A DNA stretch of 64,000 bases from positions 120,009,109-120,073,108 of the forward strand of contig NC_068984.1 of NCBI RefSeq assembly GCF_001194135.2. The letters are read 5' to 3'. Below, one piece after another: positions 13,270-25,831 of the stretch. How positions within the stretch are numbered: position 1 is the stretch's first letter; every line of letters begins with the position of its first letter. The translations under genes and the position numbers were made by a program. The stretch is from Octopus bimaculoides (Eukaryota). The notes beneath the pieces were generated by a model. That model worked only from the letters and a program-made list of their open reading frames with translations. It was not told the origin of the DNA and did not search any database.

Positions 13270-13384
13270 GGAAAGAGAAGCACTATTGCAGTGGAAAGAG
13301 AAGCACTATTGCAGTGGAAAGAGAAGCACTATTGCAGTGGAAAGCAAAGCACTATTGCAGTGGAAAGAGAAGCACTATTGCAGT
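13270..13384. repeat. 23-bp minisatellite, 5 copies
   Basis: GGAAAGAGAAGCACTATTGCAGT x5; only unit 4 differs (GGAAAGCAAAGC...). Confidence 0.97.
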
Positions 13385-14419
13385 GGCATTCACAGCAACA
13401 GCCATGACAGTACAGCAGTAACAATAATAATAACAATAACTGCTTTACTACAAACATATCAAAAAGGTTCATGAAGAAGTGTCCCTTCCAAAAGCAAAAA
13501 ATAAGAAGAAATACTAGAAAACACTAACATAACTGAAAAAACTCTTCACTTAGTCGAAAGAGAAAGTCAGGAAAGAAAAGAAATTGTTTGAAAATTGCAG
13601 AGTGAAAGAGGCTCAAACAAAGAAAAAGAAGGATAAGACAGGAAACCTACAATTTAATGACCCAAATCTAAAAATTTGTTAATGCTAAGATCAAGAAAGA
13701 AAGGATACCAAACATACAATCGAGCCAAAGGTAACACCATTTGTGCTCAGATGAAATCTCAATTACACCTCTACTTTAGCTGCTGCTACTAATACTTTCA
13801 TTACCCCTTCTATCTCAAGCACCCTTACCACTGTTGTCATCACCTCTACGAATTCCATTTCTTTTCCTAAGCCACTATTATTGCCATTATGAATTCCTTC
13901 ATTCTCTACTACCTGCACTTAAGTCACTCCAGTGAAACTTTATTAAATAACCGAATTATGGAATATTACAGATTTATCTAAGACAATAATATATGAAAAA
14001 CTGCATGCGCACAAGCACGTTTATGCACTGATATATTTTTGCTTCACCAATATCACCTTGAAGCAAATTTTCGAAACTTACCATTTATAAAGTTTCAGAA
14101 TAATTTTGTCTGTCGTATTTTTAAAAATGGAAGAGATCAAAAGAGCAAAGATGTGCCATAAAGTTGAAAATGAATATGATTGCTAATTTTGTCTTTGTCT
14201 CTCGTATTTGAGTTTGTAGATACAAATGACAAGCGAACAAGAAGATGAAGAAAAAGAAGGAAAAAATAATAGTGTCTTCTTTTATTAAGATACAATGTCT
14301 ATCTGGTTTTTCAAATGTGTTTTTCTTGAGATTTATTTATAGTTGATGTGAAAGAAAGAATAAATGAGTTGCACTGAAAGACTGGATAAATCAGGACAAA
14401 AGAGAATAAAAAAGTTCCA

Positions 14420-14580
14420 CATCATGATCACAATCACGTTCATGATCATTGTTGTCGTCGTTGTCGTCATTGTTGTCGTTGTCATCATCATCGTCATCAT
14501 TATCATCATCTTCATCATCGTCATCATTATCATCATCATCATCGTCATCATTATCATCATCATCATCATAGATGTTGTCA
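14420..14580. repeat. (CAT/CGT)n repeat
   Basis: Directly visible; runs into a minus-strand family-C-like tail (TTTAACGTCCAC). Confidence 0.85.
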
Positions 14581-14894
14581 TTTAACGTCCACTTATTCCT
14601 TACATGAAATTCATTGAGATAAATTTTCTGCAAACAAATGACCATACTGTTGCCAACCCCTCTGCTGTTTCCGAGTAAGGTAATATTTCTCCCTAAATCT
14701 TTCAAACATGAATGACCAGATATGTTTTTCATGAAAGATTGCAAATCAATCAACTTGCATTTGTTAGACTATCAGTTATAGACTAAAAATCATAATTCTC
14801 AGACTTCTTGATTTAAGTTCCTTATTCTAACTGGCTTGACAATGTTCCTTTGAACTTCTCACTCTGCTGAATACATACATACATACATACATCA

Positions 14895-15125
14895 CCATCA
14901 CCATCATCATCATTTAATGTCCATTTTCCATGCTCGCATGGGTTGCATGGTTTTACTGGAGCTGGTAAGCTAGGAAGCTGCACCAGGTTTCAGTCTGATT
15001 TGGCTTGGTTTCAACAGCTGGATGACCTTCCTGACTGCAACCACTTTACAGTGTATGCCGAGTGCTTCTAATGTGCCACTAATTTGAGTACTCTCACGTG
15101 GCACTAGCACAGGACACTTGCAGGC
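14895..15125 (-). mobile_element. Retroposon family C
   Basis: CATCATCATTTAATGTCCATTTTCCATGCTCGCATGGG...GGATGACCTTCCTG...CCACTTTAC. Confidence 0.8.
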
Positions 15126-15481
15126 AAATCCTCTTCACCAGAGGATGCAGCTCTAACACTTCTGCTGCAGTGGTGGGACGGGACATCTTGCACAGGACAG
15201 GGGCTTCTTTTTGTTTTCATCTACAAAATCCATCTAGAAGGCTTCCGTTGGCCTGAAGCTGTGATAGAAGACACTAGCCCAAACTGCTGATCAGTGAGGC
15301 TGAACCTAGAGTGACGGTGTTATGAAGCACACTTATTAATCACACAGACATAGGTTGGTACCTAGAAGGGATAAAATGTTATGTTGACTTCAGCAGGATT
15401 TTGAACTCAAAGTGAAGCGATACAGAACACAGAGGTACTGTGAGACATTCTGGCTAATACTCTACCAAATTAAGATGCACA

Positions 15482-15799
15482 GTGGAGACGCAATGGCCCA
15501 GTGGTTAGGGCAGCGGACTCACGGTCGGAGGATCGCAGTTTCGATTCCCAGACCGGGGGTTGTGTGTGTTTATTGAGCAAAACACCTAAGGTCCACGAGG
15601 CTCCCACAAGGGGGGGGGGGCGACCCCTGTTGTACTCTTTCACCCCAACTTTCTCTCACTCTTTCTTCCTGTTTCTTGAGTAACACTGCGATGGACTGGC
15701 GTCCCGTCCAGCTGGGCGGAGGGGGACATACGCCATAGAAACTGGGAAACCGGGCCCATGAGCCTGGCTAGGCTTTGAAAGGGCGATGTTTAACGTTTT
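15482..15799 (+). mobile_element. tRNA-derived SINE, family D head with an alternative 3' module
   Basis: A box TGGCCCAGTGG and B box GTTTCGATTCC. 12-bp TSD TTAAGATGCACA at 15470-15481 and 15800-15811. Confidence 0.93.
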
Positions 15800-15819
15800 T
15801 TAAGATGCACAAACCTGAG

Positions 15820-16150
15820 GTATGTCATAATTAGTGGTAACACAAAATACACTATGTGCCTTAAGTAGTTCGATCATAAGTCATACTGTATGTCATAATT
15901 AATGCAGTCATGACAGAATTAAAACAATGACAAAGCATGTATGTTGTAATTAGTGCTAACACAAGACATGCTACATGTCTGGATTACTGCAATCAGAAGA
16001 CATATTGCAAGTTATAATTATTGCTTTTGCAAAGATGGCAAGCTGGTAGAATTGTTAGCATGACGGGTAAAATGTTTTGTGTAAAGAAAACATAATTATT
16101 GCTATCACAAGACATACTGCATGTCATAATTAGTGGTATCATAAGGCAGG
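15820..16150. repeat. Degenerate ~34-bp minisatellite
   Basis: Recurrent GTATGTCATAATTAGTGGTAACACAAGACATACT-like units. Confidence 0.6.
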
Positions 16151-16311
16151 TGTTATAGATGTTGTAGCACCTGGTCTCAAACATATATTTTAATTCTATA
16201 TTAATATATTAATGGGGGCTAGAGATGAGACACATGTATATAATGTGAATATATATATATATGTTGAAAATATCTATATCTATATCTCTCTCTCTCTCTC
16301 TTTCTCTCTCC

Positions 16312-16378
<67 letters not shown>

Positions 16379-16466
16379 TATATAAATATAAATACTTATT
16401 GTGTTCAAAATAATAAAAGCAGTGTACACACACACACACACACACATGCACATCCACACGTATGTT

Positions 16467-16498
<32 letters not shown>

Positions 16499-16560
16499 TG
16501 TCAACATTTCTTGTTTTATACTGGGGCAATTTGGAAATAATATATGCTTCATATATACAT

Positions 16561-16999
16561 TCTTTTATTCCTTTACTTGTTTCAGTCATTTGACTATGGC
16601 CATGCTGGAGCACTGCCTTTTAGTTGAAGAAATTGACCTCTGGACTTATTCTTTGTAAGCCTAGTACTTATTCTATTGGTCTCTTTTGCCAAACCACTAA
16701 GTTATGGGGACATAAATGCACCAGCATCGGTTGTCAAGTGATGTTGGGCATGACAAACACAGACACGCAAGCATATACACAAACATCCATACATATACAT
16801 ACATAAATATATATATCTATTTATATATATATATATATGTGACAGGCTTCTTTCAGTTTCCATCTACCAAATCCACTCACAGGACTTTGGTTGGCCTGAG
16901 GCTATAGTAGAAGGCACTTGCCCAAGGTGCCACACAGTGAGATTGAACCCGGAATCATGTGGTTGGTAAGCAAGCTACTTACCACACAGCTACTCCTGT
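16561..16999 (-). mobile_element. SINE B, full length
   Basis: Tail CTTTACTTGTTTCAGTCATTTGACT through head ACTTACCACACAGCTACTCCTG. Confidence 0.9.
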
Positions 17000-17059
17000 A
17001 TATATATATATATATATATGTGTGTGTATATATGTGTGTATATATATGAGTATATATGA

Positions 17060-17095
<36 letters not shown>

Positions 17096-17695
17096 TTGTG
17101 TGTATGTTTGCATCTACATTAATATACGTACAAAAAAATTTGATAAACACACATACACACACATATACACAGACATGCATTTATCATTGTTTAATGCACA
17201 CAGACACATGTTTATGCTCACAAGTAGATAGATGTATGCATATATGAGTATGTGTAAACACTGCTCAAATCCCCTCCCACATCATCGATGAGTGATGGTT
17301 TCGAGTTAAATAATAGATATCACCAAGTATTACTCATTATTTCTAAATCCAATAAACAAAACCTTCTTGGTGACATTACTGTTGCTAAGTTAGCTATACA
17401 AAATGTCCTGGCAACCATGCAACTTAATATCGGTTGCCATAGAAACTGAAACAGAGCTTCTGTCCTAGGAATGACAATGATCATTTTCAGAATATTTTTT
17501 TTTCCATTTTCTCTTTTCTTCTGCATTTATCCTCCATTTTCATCTTTTCACCAGCATCAGGAGAAATTTTTCGGCAATGCTTACTTTGCACAAATTTCAT
17601 TTTCTTAAAATCGAAAAGGACTTTTATAGCTGGCCCTCAGTCTTCCTGTCTATCTGTCTCTGTGTAAATCTACATGTATAATACATCTTTTGTGT

Positions 17696-17726
<31 letters not shown>

Positions 17727-17796
17727 CATGTGTATATGTATGTATGTCTATGTGTGCATGTGTGTGTATGTATGTGTATGTGTGTGTATGTGTGTA

Positions 17797-17830
<34 letters not shown>

Positions 17831-17961
17831 CACACACACATAAATATACACAAAAGTATATATATATGTGTGTGTGGTAAGAAGCTTGCTTCCCAACCAC
17901 GTGGTTCTGGTTTCAGTCCCACTGCATGGCACCTTGGGAAAGTGTCTCCTACTATAGCCTT

Positions 17962-17999
<38 letters not shown>

Positions 18000-18074
18000 A
18001 CACGCACACGCACACACACGCACATGTACACACACACATATATGTATATATACATATATCTATGAGTATGTGTG

Positions 18075-18118
<44 letters not shown>

Positions 18119-18311
18119 TGTCTCTGTTTAAATAATGCCAAACAAAATATGTGCATGTAAAATCCTGTGTAACAGGTTGGAGTATCATCGGACATTATCA
18201 AACATTTTTGCTGCAGGAAAAGTCTGAGAAAGATATTCTCCACCTACACTTGTGCAAATACACATTTTATTTTGGGCTGTGAGTGACATCACTGGATTGT
18301 AAGACGTATAG

Positions 18312-18500
18312 GTAAATGATGCAGAAATGACTGTGTGGTAAGAAAATTGCTTCTCAACCATATGGTGCTGGGTTCAATTCCTCTTTGTGGCATCTTGGGC
18401 ACATGTTTTCTACTATAGCCCTGAGCTAACCAAAGACTAGTGAGTGGACTTGGTAGACAGAAACTGAAAGAAGCCTGTTGTATATACATACATACATGCA
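18312..18500 (+). mobile_element. SINE B 5' half
   Basis: ACTGTGTGGTAAGAAAATTGCTT...GGTAGACAGAAACTGAAAGAAGCCTG. Confidence 0.85.
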
Positions 18501-18520
18501 TACATACATACATACATATA

Positions 18521-18938
18521 CTCTTTTACTCTTTTACTTGTTTCAGTCATTTGACTGTGGCCATGCTGGAGCACCGCCTTTAGTCGAGCAAATCGACTTC
18601 AGGACTTATTCTTTGTAAGCCTAGTACTTATTCTATCGGTCTCTTTTGCCGAACCGCTAAGTTATGGGGACGTAAACACACCACCATCGGTTGTCAAGTG
18701 ATGATCGGGGGACAGACACAGACACACAAACACACACACACATATATATACATATATATATATATACATATATACGACAGGCTTCTTTTCAGTTTCCGTC
18801 TACCAAATCCACTCACAAGGCTTTGGTCGGCCCGAGGCTATAGTAGAAGACACTTGCCCAAGGTGCCACGCAGTGGGACTGAACCCGGAACCATGTGGTT
18901 GGTAAGCAATCTACTTACCACACAGCCACTTCTGCACC
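18521..18938 (-). mobile_element. SINE B, full length, near consensus (many CpG retained)
   Basis: Tail (CTCTTTTA)2, internal microsatellite, head CTTACCACACAGCCACTTCTGCACC. Confidence 0.95.
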
Positions 18939-19330
18939 TCATCATCATCATTGTTTAACGTCTGCTTTCCATGCTAGCATGGGTTGGACGATTTGACTGA
19001 GGACTGGTGAACCAGATGACTGCACTAGGCTCCAGTCTGATCTGGCAGAGTTACTACAGCTGGATGCCCTTCCTAATGCCAACCACTCCGAGTGTGTAGT
19101 GGGTGCTTTTACGTGCCACCGGCACGAGGGCCAGTCACACGGTACTGGCAACGGCTACGCTCAAAATGGTGATTTTTACGTGCCACCTGCATAGGAGCCA
19201 GTCCAGTGGCACTGGCAACAACCTCGCTCGAATGATTTTCTAAACGTGCCAGTAAGGCGACACTGGTAACGATCACGCTCAAATGGTGCTATTTACGGGC
19301 CACTAGCACAGAAGCCAGACAGCTGCTCTG
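18939..19330 (-). mobile_element. Retroposon family C
   Basis: Reverse complement of 6284-6715; its (ATG)n tail directly abuts the SINE B head. Confidence 0.92.
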
Positions 19331-19850
19331 GCCATTTTTTTTTTGTTTTTGCTAAATAAACACATGCACTATATATATATTTTTCATCACTCGTTTATTA
19401 CTGTTCTTATTTTATTATTCTAACTCATGTCCATTGTCTGGAAATCTTTTGTCACACATCTATGACCTCTTCAGCAACACTTTTCATTTTTATGTGTGTT
19501 CTTGCTCCACTTACTCCATTCATAGATATATTCCTAGATTCCCATATATATATGTGTGTGTGTGGTGTGTGTGTGTGTGTGTGTATTTGTACATGGCTAT
19601 GCATGTGTGTCTTTGTGTTTGTGTTTGTCCCTCACCACAACTTGATAACCTGTATTGGTTTGTTTATGTCCTCATAATTAATTTAGTGGGTCAGTAAAAA
19701 GAGACCACTACAATAAGTACCAGACTTAAAAAGTCCTGGAACTTATTTGTTCAACTAAATCCTTCAAAACAGTGCCCCAACATGGCCAAACTCTAATGAC
19801 TGGAACAAGTAAAAGATAAATGATAAAACATATGTGTGTATGTGCATGTA

Positions 19851-19883
<33 letters not shown>

Positions 19884-19888
<5 letters not shown>

Positions 19889-20798
19889 TTTAAATCAGTT
19901 GAAATACATTTGTAACATATTTGACCTGTAAAAAGCCATTTTCACTGTTGTTTGCCATGAGGAAAACTTTTGCTTTAAGCAACAGGCATTAAAACACCAA
20001 CAGTCACTTCAGGATGCCCAGTTGTGGACCGATAAATGCACGTCTAGCTATTTGGTTATCATCAGTACCGGTTATTACAAGGGAGACAACCTTGAGATGA
20101 ATATGGAAGCAATAGCTTCCTTATAGAAAATCAGTAGAAACTGTCAATTGATTGTATGTGATCAAATAAATTATTACAGTGCATACTAAGCGGTGTTGTC
20201 AAGTAAACACTTAAATCATTTCAAATATGTTTTTGTGACATATTTTACCAGTTAAAAATCCATTTTCACTGTGGGTTACCATAGAGAAAATTCTCACTTT
20301 AAACAACAGATGTAAAAATGCCAACAGTGCTGGATTTAAGCAAAATAAGGGTATCAAAGGAAAGAGACCCCATAGAAATGGCAAATGGTTTATGATGCAA
20401 AAGAAATCGCTTGAAACAAATATCAATTAAGTGGAAGTATACAAAAGTAAACATTATTTTCCATCTTACTGTTAGTTTTGTATCATTTTGAAAAATAAAA
20501 GTTTATTTTTGGTTCCTTATTGTTTGTTTTGAATTATATATAAATGAGGGCACCAATATCTTTTAAGTGGTTAGGGCCTCTGTGGGTCTTAATATCATAT
20601 ATAAATCATATATCAGTCAACTAGAGGTCAGTCTGAGATGACATTTACAGCTAGAAATAAAAAGATACACTGAGATGACTGTGGTCTTTTAATATCTGTT
20701 GCCCAAAGTGAGATTTTTTTTCATGCCAAATTACAGTTAAAATGACCTTTTTACAGGTCAAATATGTTACAAACGTATTTGAAATGATTTAAAAGTTT
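19884..20798. mobile_element. Unclassified element bounded by ~130-bp diverged inverted repeats
   Basis: 19888-20015 is the reverse complement of 20666-20794, sharing the core TTTTACAGGTCAAATATGTTACAAA. A third partial arm lies at ~20211-20280. Confidence 0.55.
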
Positions 20799-20986
20799 GT
20801 TCATTCCTCAACACCACCTTGCTTGCATACTAGATTGTATGTATGTATTGATGTATGCACACAGATGTAGACAAATGATCAAATAATTAATCCTGATTGA
20901 TGGAGCTCTCCACTCCAATTAATCTTGTCTTTCTAGTATCAATCATATGATGTTTATGTATATATTCCAAAGAGGCAGATGGGTGA

Positions 20987-22211
20987 GGGCAATTCCATGC
21001 AAAAGGTAACAAAAACTGAAGAATTATAATAAAGCAGTGCTACCATGATTTATGTACTTTTGTGTTCCCATAAGCCAATAGGATTCAAAAAGTAAAAACA
21101 ATTTTCTTAAGGATTACTGTCATGTGACCAGGGCAGCCATTTTGGATTCAGTCCAGAATATGACAATTTGTCTGCAAGTATAAAAGGTAGGTATCCAGTT
21201 CCATCCTAGAAAAAAATTAAGTTTCCATCCTGCAAAAATATATTTTCAGGAAGAACAAGAGTATAATTATTGTTTAGCAGAGTTATTTTTTTGGAATATC
21301 ATCTTGCTTATCAGCAAAAACAGAATTTACTGTGGCCATTAGAATTTTTTGTATCAGTTACATTTTATCATTATAAGTTTCATCTACAAAATCCTGACAA
21401 ATAATTATTTTAAAACAATGCAACCATTATGATGTACTGCAAGGGGGTGGATTTTATTCTTATACACACTACTTTATGTTTTCAGTTATGTGTACATGCT
21501 TGTGCATTGTTCATGGAAATTTCAGTCACATTATGATCAGTGACTTGCTGTATTGAAAAGTTCCCACAGTTACCTGCAATGCATGTAAAATGTCTAGACT
21601 GAATTATCTAAGACATTATGCATGTGCTGCAATAAGCTTCAAGAAATGTTATTTAGAACTTTGTGTTCAAGTGCGGCACACACTTTGAATACATAGTGTG
21701 TGGTTTTACCTATTGATCAATTCCTCATGTTCTTGATCGATTAAAAAAAAATGTGGAATACTAATTGGTATCTGAGTTTCAGTGTTGCATCATTTACACA
21801 TTTCTAGGTAGAAATGTTGTGTCAGTTATGGGTACCTGTTGCGCCAGTTACATTTTGCCAAATGCACTACAGCATGTATTAAACAATAGTATTCCGTGTG
21901 AAAGCATGTATAACATCCATATGACTTTAGGTTTCTTTTGATATAAAAATTGTCTGCACAGGGTTTCCAGCCTAAATACTGTCAAGTCAGGTATCATGTC
22001 CTTTTACTGTTGTGTTAGTTAAGCAAGTATTTATTCTCTGTTATTCTCTGTTAGATAAGCTAGTTGAAACATAGAATTACAATAAATATGTAACAATATT
22101 TATGGGCCACAGTAGTTAAAGTATTCATAGATCATTACATTTCAGTTAGCTTAAGTAATATGTCAGAAGATTTTTAGTATCAAAAAGTTCTTGTAAATGT
22201 TGCATCAGTTA
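20987..22211 (+). mobile_element. Unclassified interspersed repeat, copy 1
   Basis: Begins GGGCAATTCCA; colinear with 30119-31298 and 59961-60890. Confidence 0.85.
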
Positions 22212-22284
22212 CAATGGAATTGCTTGTGATATACATGTGACTTTCTCATGATGCTTCTCGTCTAATGTCTTATTCCTTCAATAA

Positions 22285-22500
22285 TAAGGTAGTGAGTTAG
22301 CAGAATCATTAGTTCACTGGACAAAATGCTTACTAGCATTACATCTGTCTTTACATCCTGAGTTCAAATACTGCTGAGGTTGACTTTGCCTTTTATCTTT
22401 TTGATGTGAATAAAATAAAAACCGTTTAGCACTTGGGGTCATTCTAATTGTCTACCCCATTTCTCACAATTGTTCTCTTTGTGCCAAAGTAAGAAAAGGT
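22285..22500 (+). mobile_element. SINE A, degraded
   Basis: GGTAGTGAGTTAGCAGAATC...GAGTTCAAATAC...GACTTTGCCTTT. Confidence 0.75.
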
Positions 22501-23544
22501 TATTTCTTTTAATAATATTTTAGAATCAGTGTGAAATCAACTCTTTGTTTTGCATCGGTTTCGAAATTTCATTTCAACGATTTTCTGCTGTGGATGAATC
22601 GCCATGTCCCAGAATATGGTCCTTTTATTATTGTCTGGTACCGATTCTTTCTTGTTCATATTTCATAATGCTGCTATAGTTTCCAGTGTTTGAAACTTCT
22701 GATTCTGTCATGAATGTTCAAATACATCATTTTAATTAAGATTCTATAACAGGACAAATTCCCACTCTCTACAAATGATTTTGTGACACCCATGCTTTTC
22801 TCATGGCTATTAGCAGCATAAACGATGTGACCACTTATCAACCAGGAACTGTAGCTGAATTCTAGATTTAGCTTGCAGGAAGCTTATCTCTATTGTTCTT
22901 GCTAGAAGATGTTACATAATAATCCAATCTAATCTATTTTATGTTATACATAGACAAATATGGCTGATAATGCATTAGAGAATACTTTGTTGTGATTCAC
23001 ACTTGATTAATAAGATTAGAGAAAGAGTTGCTCTTAGAAGATTGCACTTTATCAAATCATGAATTTAATTGGATTTACACCACCTAGTCAAAGATCAATG
23101 ATTTCCTTTTGGTGACTTAAACTTATTGCAGAAACAAAGAGAAATTGAAACTAGTGATGAATTCTTTGAAGAGAAGAATTTCCAAACATTCAGAATGTAT
23201 TATGAATCTCAATAAGAAATAAGAATGGTTCTGTGGCAATCAAAGAGACATTTATAAACATTCCTATTCACTAAATCTGATTTGTTATTCCAAACTGTTT
23301 GTAAGAAATATCTTTAAATGTCAAAATAATTTTGCATTCTTTTTGGTTTTGCTGGCAAGATTTATGCAGCTGGTTTTGGATTATATTGATTTGTGGGTAA
23401 GAGAAACATTAACAATTGTTTATGACATCCATGTTGTGTGACGTTCATGACTTTCACAAAGACATTAAGCAATACTAGTGAAATAAAATGGTTTCATTTA
23501 AGCATTAAACTTAAAGTATAAACCAGATCATGAACAAGAATTGC

Positions 23545-23785
23545 ATATTAATAATAATTTCTCATATTCTTTTTACTCTAGGTACAAGGCCCCAAATTTT
23601 TTTTGGCAGGGTGGTGGCAATCAATTAGATCAAACACTGTATGCAACTGGTACTTAATTTATTGACCCCAAAAGGATGAAAGGCAAAGTCAACCTTGGTG
23701 GAATTTGAACCCAGAATGTAAAGACAGACAAAATACTGCTAAGCGTTTCACCTGGCATGCTAATGTTTCTGCCAGCTCGCCGCCT
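23545..23785 (-). mobile_element. SINE A
   Basis: CTGGTACTTAATTTATTGACCCC...GGAATTTGAACCCAG...CTGCCAGCTCGCCGCC. Confidence 0.88.
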
Positions 23786-24093
23786 TCATGTTTTCTCATA
23801 TTAGCATAATGCAAAAAAATTTAGAGCCAGAAGGAATACAGTAAAATTAATCAACTTCAGTATTAGACTGGTACTTACATTAATGGTCCCAGAGATAGGA
23901 AAGTTAACTCCCTCTAGCATTTTTAAAGTGGGAATTGACCATTCTGAAGCACCACGTTTAAGAGGTTTTAGTTGAAAAAAAATCAAGCTCAGTACTTATT
24001 TTTAAAGTCAGGTACTTATTCTATCAGTTACTTTTGCTGAACCACTAAGTTATGGGGAGGTAAAAAAAAACACGATGGGAGGGGATGAAGACA

Positions 24094-24130
<37 letters not shown>

Positions 24131-24489
24131 TTAAGTCACAATATATGGATTCAAGTAATAAAGCTCCTTAATGTATTATAAAAAAAGCTCCTTGACATAT
24201 CATTGTACAAACCATATAAAATATATACTAATATACAAGAAAAAAAAAGATAAGGAGTATGTATGCAAATTTTTATTTAACAAAGATTTTCTTTCACCTG
24301 ACAATGTAGCTCAAATTCTGCATTATTTTGAATGAATTTTTGTATTTTGTAATGTAGGCATGTAAGTAATTTATTTATTATTAAATGTAAGTTATTTGCA
24401 TGTTTTTGAGTTACGAAACAAATTTGTTGTGATTTTGGGTCTTTCTTTTGTTAAATAAAAGTTCATCAAACTATTTCTCTGTCATTTAT

Positions 24490-24559
<70 letters not shown>

Positions 24560-24560
<1 letters not shown>

Positions 24561-24840
24561 CATCGTTGTTGTCGTTTAATGCCTGCTTTACATACTGGCA
24601 TGGGTTGGATGGTTTGACTGAGAACTGGCAAGTCAGAAGGCTGCGCCAGGCTCAAGTCTGATTTGGCAAGGTTTCTACAGTTGGATGCCCTTCCTAACAC
24701 CAACCACTCCAAGAGTATAGTGGGTGCTTTTTACGTGCCAGTGGCATGGGAGCCAGTCAGGTGGGACTAGCATCAGCCATGCACAAATGGTGCTTTTTAC
24801 ATGCCACCGGCATGGGTGCCAGTCAGACAGCACTGGCATA
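24560..24840 (-). mobile_element. Retroposon family C
   Basis: GTCGTTTAATGCCTGC...GGATGCCCTTCCTAACACCAACCACTCC...TTTTACGTGCC. Confidence 0.85.
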
Positions 24841-25400
24841 TATTTACATATATATCAATGACAGACTACAACACAGTTTCTGTCTACTAAATTCACCCAC
24901 AAAAGATTGGTGGGTCTGGGGCTATAGTAGAAGACACTTGCCCATAGTATTGTGCAGGGAGATTGAACTGGAAACCATGTGGGTGCGAAGCAAGCTTCTT
25001 AACCACACTATCATGACTCTACCTGTGGTAACTACATAGCTTTGTGACTGGGCTGTAGAATGGTAATAAACTCCCAGAAAGCCATAGCATATGTAACTGC
25101 AACATAAACGCACATACACACACACATACATAGTTGTATGTTTGTCTTTGTGTCTGTGTTTGCTTCCCCAACTCCACCACTAGACAACTAGTGTTGGTTT
25201 GTTTACATCTGCTAAAGCTTAGTGGTTTGGTAAAAAAAAAGAAATCAATGGAATAAGAACCATACTTAAAAAAATAAGTACTGGCAATCTGTTCTACTAA
25301 AACCCTTCAAGGCAGTGTCCCTGCATGACCAATGACTGAAACTTGAAAATATAAAAGATAAACAGTATATATAAATGGCTCAAATATAGAAAAGTGTCTT

Positions 25401-25820
<420 letters not shown>

Positions 25821-25831
25821 GTATGTGCATA

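Noticed and set aside
13270-13384. CRISPR-like array
   Set aside because: The 23-bp units are contiguous with no spacers; eukaryotic context with no cas genes.
15482-15560. tRNA gene (also at 28251 and 62704)
   Set aside because: A and B boxes are present, but the sequence continues into a SINE body with TSDs and no proper acceptor stem or terminator.
17650-18243. 197-aa ORF and the many other HT/YI/CV/LS-repeat ORFs in the track
   Set aside because: These are translations of CA/TA/GATA microsatellites and SINE sequence.
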